Shown in pieces: positions 57,123-64,000 of a DNA stretch of 64,000 nt. This DNA comes from Octopus vulgaris (lineage: Eukaryota), in NCBI GenBank assembly GCA_951406725.2, contig OX597822.1, positions 109,616,001 to 109,680,000 on the forward strand. The letters are read 5' to 3'. Position 1 is the stretch's first letter. Each line of letters begins with the position of its first letter. Under the pieces are notes generated by a model. The model saw only the letters and a list, made by a program, of their open reading frames with translations, did no database searches and was not told where the DNA came from. The position numbers were made by a program, and so were the translations under genes.

Positions 57123-57215
57123 TCTCTTACAGCTGTTTCTGGAATAGCTAAGCATCATTTTATATTATTGAGTAAAGATTTCTATGTCGGCTAAGTATTC
57201 CGTCATCGGGGAGAG
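57123..57215 (-). ncRNA. Type I hammerhead-like motif (U4>C)
   Basis: Minus strand tctcc-CCGATGA-cggaata...tattcca-GAAA-cagctg-TA-agaga, with the same stem III palindrome as the 2560 motif. Confidence 0.6.
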
Positions 57216-57499
57216 AGAAATAAGAAATATGTTTAATTTAGAATAGTATTAGTTACAATTCTTTGAGGTATTTAGAAGTGTCTAATGTAAAACAGGATAT
57301 TCGTAGGTAGATGTATTATAAATAATTAGGAAGATCCATAGTAAAAGACAGGGTCAGTTAGAAGATACATTGTTAAAATTCCAAACAATCCACGGTAAAT
57401 GATGACAGAAGTTTCTAGTTCAATTGTTGGAAATAGAGTGAGGTATATATGAGTGGACAGCCGCCAGATAGTATATGACAAAATAAAGGGCTGAATATT

Positions 57500-58500
57500 G
57501 AACGTTGCCGTCTTTAATTGAGTAAGGGTGACCACTAGAATATCTTCATCATTCATACTACTTTTTACAAGTGAGTGTAGTACTAACATGCCCTTACATT
57601 CTGGCGCGAATATTCTGGTCATATTGGAAATTCTGAAGTACACCGAAAACGGTAGAGCACATCGGATTTTGACGCCTTTCTATAGTGCTCTTATTTGGTT
57701 TCATCGTCAGCGTGGATCAGTTACTGTCTTCTAAAGAGCCAATGTTAGGCACAATTCTTCAGTACAATAGTGGATATCGCCTACGAATATCGAAATTTCA
57801 TATTGTCTATTTGACGACTTCTAACATTTAGCCAGCTATAACGAATAGTTCTTTGCGCCGTTTGTATCTCCATTTTTGATCATCGTGTATGTCACAAACC
57901 CGTCAATTACTTTAGAAAAGGCAACACTTGCCAAACATATGGATTCCAGTTTTAATTCATTGCCAAAATCAGTTAATTTTAGTGCGTAGAAGATGCAATT
58001 GAAACATTATGTGACAATGCTCTAATTTTATATGTAGAATGCAACGCGAAAGATAGCCATACGGCTTAATACATTTTATTGGCTGTTTTATGCGTCGTTG
58101 ATCATTTAGTCGATCTTTGATCTTCTCGAAAGCTATTTTACAAGACTGAGTGTAGCAAGAAATGCAATTATACCCACTGTTTTCCTTAGATATCATACTA
58201 GTGTGCCGTGTGTCAGGTTCAGCCTTATATTTGACTTCAGCATTTCATATGATAATCGTTAGGGTTAAGGCTATTGCCTCTTAATAGAAGTATTGCAGTA
58301 CTTTTTAAATATGTTGGCGGTAGATCTAAATCTTCAGCGTGACATCAAGAAGTATATCCAATAACGTTGCAGAAATAAAAGCCTAATTTACTCCGTGTTA
58401 AATTAGAAGATAGTCCGATGTGTCTCTTCCGAGAAACGTGGAAGACATCTCGTAATAATGATGCTTGATTATGCCAACAAATTTGTTTCGAGATTCATAT
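57500..58500 (-). mobile_element. Ancient CR1/L2-type RT remnant
   Basis: GYNCISCYTQSCKIAFEKI resembles NYRPISL...SK.FEKI and VAFSKVIDGF resembles LDFSKAFD, in the expected order. Confidence 0.4.
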
Positions 58501-59655
58501 TATTCTTCAGGAATAATCACTCTCTACACAGACTAAACGTTTGGTAAAATTGATGGACAAATGACTTTGGTTACACACTGTTCGATATTTTAATATTTAT
58601 TTTTTCGCAAGTTGAAACTCCTGTCGTTAGCGTTCTTACAAGCATGGGAATTATATTATCATTTATGAAAAATGCCTCTGGGTATATTTTAATTTTGCTA
58701 TAGCATAAGTTTCGGAAATAACTTTCCCTGAAATCTAGAGAAGAGAAGACTCTCAATAGTTTTTGCTCCCCACTTGTAAGTAAATTCTACATGTAACTTT
58801 TTTAACTTTTGCGGTATGTTGCTGTATTAAAAATCGTATCAGCGGATTGGAAAGACTTCAACGCAGCACATATACACCTAATGTATCAATGGATAAACAT
58901 CATTTTACCTCGTAGATATAGTTAGCGGCTTTTTCATATTAGAGTATGAACCCGACCTAATATTTCTGGAGTTTTGAACGCATTCAGGTTTATCATGAAG
59001 TGTAGTTCATCATTACTTTAGTGGCAATCTATGCTGATCCTACCAGCATAGTGAACAGTGATTTTTTTCAATGCATTGATACTATAATAACGAAATCCGC
59101 TTTTTAATTTGGTTAGAATATCTCACTTAATCAGTAATTACTAATGTCTACATTGTCTAAAAATTCTTATAAATTTCGATTAGTGTTATCAAAATATGCT
59201 TTTGAAGCACCTCTTATTGTACATTGTATGTTAGCCTTTGTTAACGTCTAGATAGTTGAAACGCTACTATATGGAGACATACTAAATAATGTTTTTAGAA
59301 ATTATAAGATTTATCCACAGCAAATCAAATACTTTTGATTTAGTTTCCCCTCATAATTATTGTGTGTTGATGAGAAAATAGATGGAAAAGAACAGTGGTT
59401 TCAATTTTCTTACATCGTCTGTCTAGTTTTATTTCAGTTAAAGTTGTTAAACGATATGCACAGTTTTAAAAATTAGTAACAATACGAAACTGTTACAGGG
59501 CTACATGGGTATAGCAAGGATTTATGTTGAACATGTATACATATATATATATATGTGGAGAGAGAGAGAAAGAAAGAAAGAAAGTCAGAGAGAGAGAGAG
59601 AGCGATATATATGTGTGTGAGTGTGTATGTATATATTCATAAACACGTGTGTATA

Positions 59656-59709
<54 letters not shown>

Positions 59710-60466
59710 CATACATACATACACACATACATAGTGCGAGAGAAAGAAAAAGAGAAGGAGAGAGAGAGAGAGAGAGAGGCTAAAACACTACCAACGCGAA
59801 TAATGTCTATAGTAATTAAAACGTGAGATACTTTTGATTGGGAAGGTTTCACTTCTATTCATTCTTTCTAGAAATACTCAATCCTCACAGGCATATTTTG
59901 CCTTAACTCTACGACAATAATACAATAATTAACGCAAATCGTGATCAGTATTTTTGAATCATATTAATACCTCAGAAACGAAGTAAAACAATGTTTACAA
60001 TATTTGAGTTGTTCGGCACCTATGGACACATTAATCATTAACGTGGCGTGCTTTTTAAAGAAGATTAGTTTTAAAATAATTTGTCTGAAATTGTAATTTT
60101 AAATATTTATGACATATTAAATGTAAAAATATCATAGTATTACAATTGTTAATTACCACTTATTCCGGAATTAGAGATTGAACAGTAAATTCTAATTTAT
60201 AATTAGTGAACTCCAAGTTCTATTCGAGATATTTTCCAATGAAATAACACTATAATTAGTATACATAATTAAAACGTCTGTGCTAAATTCATAATTATTC
60301 CGCTTATATAAGTTTTTAACAAAACTTTCAGGAAGACAACATTTTATATATGACAAACATTTACCATATTTCCTTATTCAAGGAAATTCATCCTTTACGA
60401 ACTAGAAAATAACTTTTATTATTAGAAAAAGAATATATCCTTAATAAATTCAAAGATATCCTTATG

Positions 60467-60891
60467 GGATCTTTTCGGTTTGAACAGCAGTTTTTTAAAA
60501 TAATTTCCACGTAACTAAACATTTTTAAACTTCGTATACTGCTAGAATGTGTTTATAAAACATCTTTTTCTCTTGGTTTTATTGAGAAAATTCTATAGTT
60601 TGTAAGATATGTGTTGTTTTTTTCTTCAATTTCTGCAATTTCAACCAATCAATGACGTCTAATTGAGGTGAAAACATTCTGCGCCGTATGAATATGTCCC
60701 TCGTTTAAGAAACAGATTGGGTTTATTTACATTTCTGAAGAAAAAAGATACCCTTTCCCCACCCCTAACCCTAACTAACCCTAACCCTAAAATAGATTGA
60801 AATGCAATAGATCGATACTAGAGTCATAATTATGGGTGACAATTTCATATGACGCCGCTAGAAAAAACTGCCGTTCAAACCGAAAAGATCC
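60467..60891 (+). mobile_element. MITE, second copy of the GGATC/CCCTAA family
   Basis: Same TIRs as 51139, TSD tccttatg at 60459-66 and 60892-99. Confidence 0.93.
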
Positions 60892-61149
60892 TCCTTATGT
60901 TAGACATAAAAGTTGTAGCGAGATAACTAATAGCTTAAGAACATTGGAGAAAAACTGAAGCCAATCATGTGATAGTTAAAGCAGGGTATAAAAAATCACA
61001 TGTAACATATTCAACAAGCAGATAATATGTTAGAGACATTCTTTACAGCAAACAAAGCAATGTCAAAGGAAGGCAATCCATGTATGTATATATGTATGTA
61101 TGTATGCTTGTATGTTCTCATGCTTGCATGTATGTATAAAAAAAAAAGA

Positions 61150-61468
61150 CTCCGCCGGTTACGACGACGAGGGTCCCAGCTGATACGATCAACGGAACAG
61201 CTTGCTCGTGAAATTAACGTGCAAATAGCTGAGCATTCCACAGACACGTGTACCCTTAACGTAGTTCTCGGGGATAATCAGCGTGACACAGAGAGTGACA
61301 AGGCTGACCCTTTGAAATACAAGTACAACTCATTTTTGCCAGCTGAGTGGACTGGAGCAACGTGAAATAAAGTGTCTTGCTCAAGGACACAACGCGTCGC
61401 CGGGAATCGAACTCACAACCTTACGATCATGAGCCGAATGCCCTAACCACTAAGCCACGCGCCCTCAC
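61150..61468 (-). mobile_element. SINE family C
   Basis: Reverse-complement match to 47646-47960. Confidence 0.9.
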
Positions 61469-61840
61469 ACATGTATGTATATATGCATATATGAATGTCT
61501 TTGTGCATATAGACGAAAAAACAGAATCCAAGGAGACTAATGATGGTCTGCAGAGCCAACCAAATTTGTATAGTCTTGTAAAATCGAAAAAAAAATTAAA
61601 TTGATCTGGGGCTCTTTTCCAAAAAAAAAAAAGTTGATAGCCGTGAAATTAAAGAGAGACAACAGATTTTTACATGTTCTATGTCACAAATATTGGCTGG
61701 ATGCGTAAAAGTCTGCTTTGTCTTTTTCAGTTTCACTTCTGTCAAATTACCTTTGAAGCAGGAGACTATCCAGCTTTATTTAATGAATATTTTCACCAAC
61801 GCAAGAATACTATGTGATTAACCTACTAATTGTGTAATTA

Positions 61841-62064
61841 CGGCAATCGTTCGCCATATCACGGTTCACCTATCGCGGTTTATCAATTAAGCTCACGTCA
61901 GTTCCTTCGCTGTGTTGTTTTGCATTTATAATGAAATAGATATATACAAATTATAAAAATAATATTTTAAAAATATACAGTACACTACTGTTTCTATTTC
62001 GCAGCTTTCCACCTATCGTAGAGGATTTTGGAACGTAGCACCCGCGTTAGTCGAAGGATTACTG
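61841..62064. mobile_element. pogo/Tigger-like MITE
   Basis: TA-cggcaatcgttcgccatatcacgg ... ccgcgttagtcgaaggattactg-TA. Confidence 0.65.
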
Positions 62065-62329
62065 TATATATTTATTTATTTACTTATTTTTGCCTCTTCT
62101 ACAGGTATTTCATTTATGATTACTCGTAAGCAGGTTCATTACCTAAAAGAACTGTACTTCATTGTAAGCTATTCTAAACTCTGATCAACCGCGTGAACCA
62201 CCAGCTACAGGCAAATAGAAAAATATATTATTACTGAAATGAATGAAATCGCATTTAAGTGCAAGTTTTGAAGTTATTTTTAATGCAAGCTTTGAAGAGT
62301 GTAGTTCGATTTTAACAGTTATCCTTTCA

Positions 62330-63146
62330 AAGCTAGTGGACGTGAAAAAGGAGCATATTCGCCATATCTTGCTTTATGAGTTCAATAAAAACAATAACGC
62401 AAAAGAAAGTTCGAAGAATATTAATGCAGTACATGGGGAGCGGACAATAAACGTAAGCCAGAGTTAATGGTGGTCCCAGAAGTGCCAAGCCGGAAACTAC
62501 AGCCTAGAAGAAGGTATGTACGGCTCAACGAGGACATACTGCGAACCCTAGGAGGAAAAAATCCAATCGTAACTTTTAAGGATCTAGCAGAAAAGCATGG
62601 TTTTGGTCATTCAAGTATTAATCGACACCTACGTTCCATGGGAAAAGTCAGCAAATTGGGTCAATGGGTTCCTCACAAGCTTTCCGAGTCTAATCGCGCA
62701 CAGAGAGTGAATGTGTGCTCTTCTTTGCTGCCACGTTTCACGAATGACTCTTATTTGGAGCGAATAGTGACTAGTCACGAGAAATAGGTTCTGTATAAAA
62801 ATGTTAAGTGCCGAACACAGTGGGTAGAGAAAGGAGAAACACCAGCACACTGGTTTCAACCAGGTCTTCACCCACATAAGCTGTTGTTATCTGTTTGGTG
62901 GTATATGATATGCTTACAGTTCTATATTTAAGACATGAGGAATAATGTAAATAATGTACATAATTCCTCATCCCTTAAATTTAGAACTGCATTATCTAAT
63001 CGGTACGGAGCCGACATTAGACTTCAATGGAGACATATAGAGAAACTCCATCAAAAACTAGCTCGTCACCCACGGGCATATGGCGTAGTGGTTAAGATAG
63101 CTGGCAAATAACCCCAATATTCCGAGTTCGATTCCAGGCAGTTAAT

Positions 63147-63213
<67 letters not shown>

Positions 63214-63882
63214 CAGCAACATCAAAAAATACCTTATGAATGAGAACCCCGGTTCAAAATTTCCCCAAGACACCTGATAAAGGCTGGAGGGTATATCAGC
63301 CGAAACATTGTGTTAACAACAGACAAGATGAGGACAAATATCCGTCAAATATAAATAATGTAAATTATGTATGAAATGTTTAGTATACTTTGAACTTCTA
63401 AACCTAAACCAAACGATAACAAAGCAGATCTACTGCGAACAGCTTGAGTGGCTTAAGTCAGCGCTAGAAGAAAATGACCATCTCTGGTTTCGAGACGAAA
63501 GATGTTCTCCCATCAGGATAATGCTCAGCCACATACAGTGAAGATGACATTCCAAAGGGTGGAGCAGTTTGATTAGGTAACGATACCCCGCCTACCATAT
63601 TTGCCGGACAAGGCCACATCTGATTACCATTATTCCGCAGTCTTCAAAATCTGTTGTACGGAAACAAATATGAATTCTGTAGGCGAGGTCAGAACAGTAC
63701 TAGAGAAGTATTTTTCGTCAGAGACAAGTGAATTTTGGAAGAGGGGATTTGCAAGTCTACCAGGCAGATGGAAGAGTGTTGGAGAAAATGAAGAAGAGAT
63801 TAGTTTAGATTTAAAAAGAAGTTTTTTATCTTAATTTGGAAATATGAAGTATAAATAACCGCATTATTCATGGGATGAAACA

Positions 63883-63885
<3 letters not shown>
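62330..63885 (+). mobile_element. Mariner transposase pseudogene interrupted by an insertion
   Basis: KEHIRHILLYEF, LGQWVPHKL, LERIVTSHEK, GLHPHKLLLSVWW, HQDNAQPH and PYLPDKATSDYH. Confidence 0.92.
62917..63369 (+). mobile_element. tRNA-head/(AAT)n/hammerhead short element with 5' hairpin, inserted in mariner with a ~13-bp TSD
   Basis: TSD tatgatatgctta (62904-16) / tatgaaatgttta (63370-82). 5' fold-back at 62917-62989, head tggcgtagtgg...gagttcgattcc at 63081-63135, HHR at 63269-63314. Confidence 0.82.
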
Positions 63886-63913
<28 letters not shown>

Positions 63914-64000
63914 CAGAGAGAGGAGGAGAGAGAGATACACACATACATTCCTCTTATATTCTATCTTTTTATAAAAAATAGAAATATAATATTATATAGA

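Noticed and set aside
58501-58540. ttcttcAG-GA ATA ATC ACT CTC (GIITL) as the TM2 continuation exon
   Set aside because: In-frame TAA after 8 codons and a weak pyrimidine tract.

Overview
AT-rich, microsatellite- and transposon-saturated animal genomic DNA. The SINE families and (TA)n/(AAT)n load point to a coleoid cephalopod, probably Octopus (inference). Only one host coding exon is recognisable: a 153-bp phase 1-1 exon (32856-33008, +) of a Cys-loop ligand-gated ion channel of the GABA/Gly/GluCl anion-type group, covering loop C, TM1 and the start of TM2, with an unusual Leu at 2'. The rest is most simply read as two very large introns. They contain tRNA-derived SINEs, Tc1/mariner and MITE remnants, a Helitron, a decayed Gypsy, and CR1, L1/Tx1 and R4/Dong LINE fragments. 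The most notable signal is a Penelope-like (PLE) retroelement landscape: a Naiad-type ORF fragment, many fold-back palindromes and about 8 type-I hammerhead ribozyme (HHR) motifs. One short element family joins a tRNA-like Pol III head, (AAT)n and an HHR, and another carries a repeated A6U core variant. Almost all listed ORFs are microsatellite artefacts. Coordinates were read by eye and repeat boundaries are approximate.
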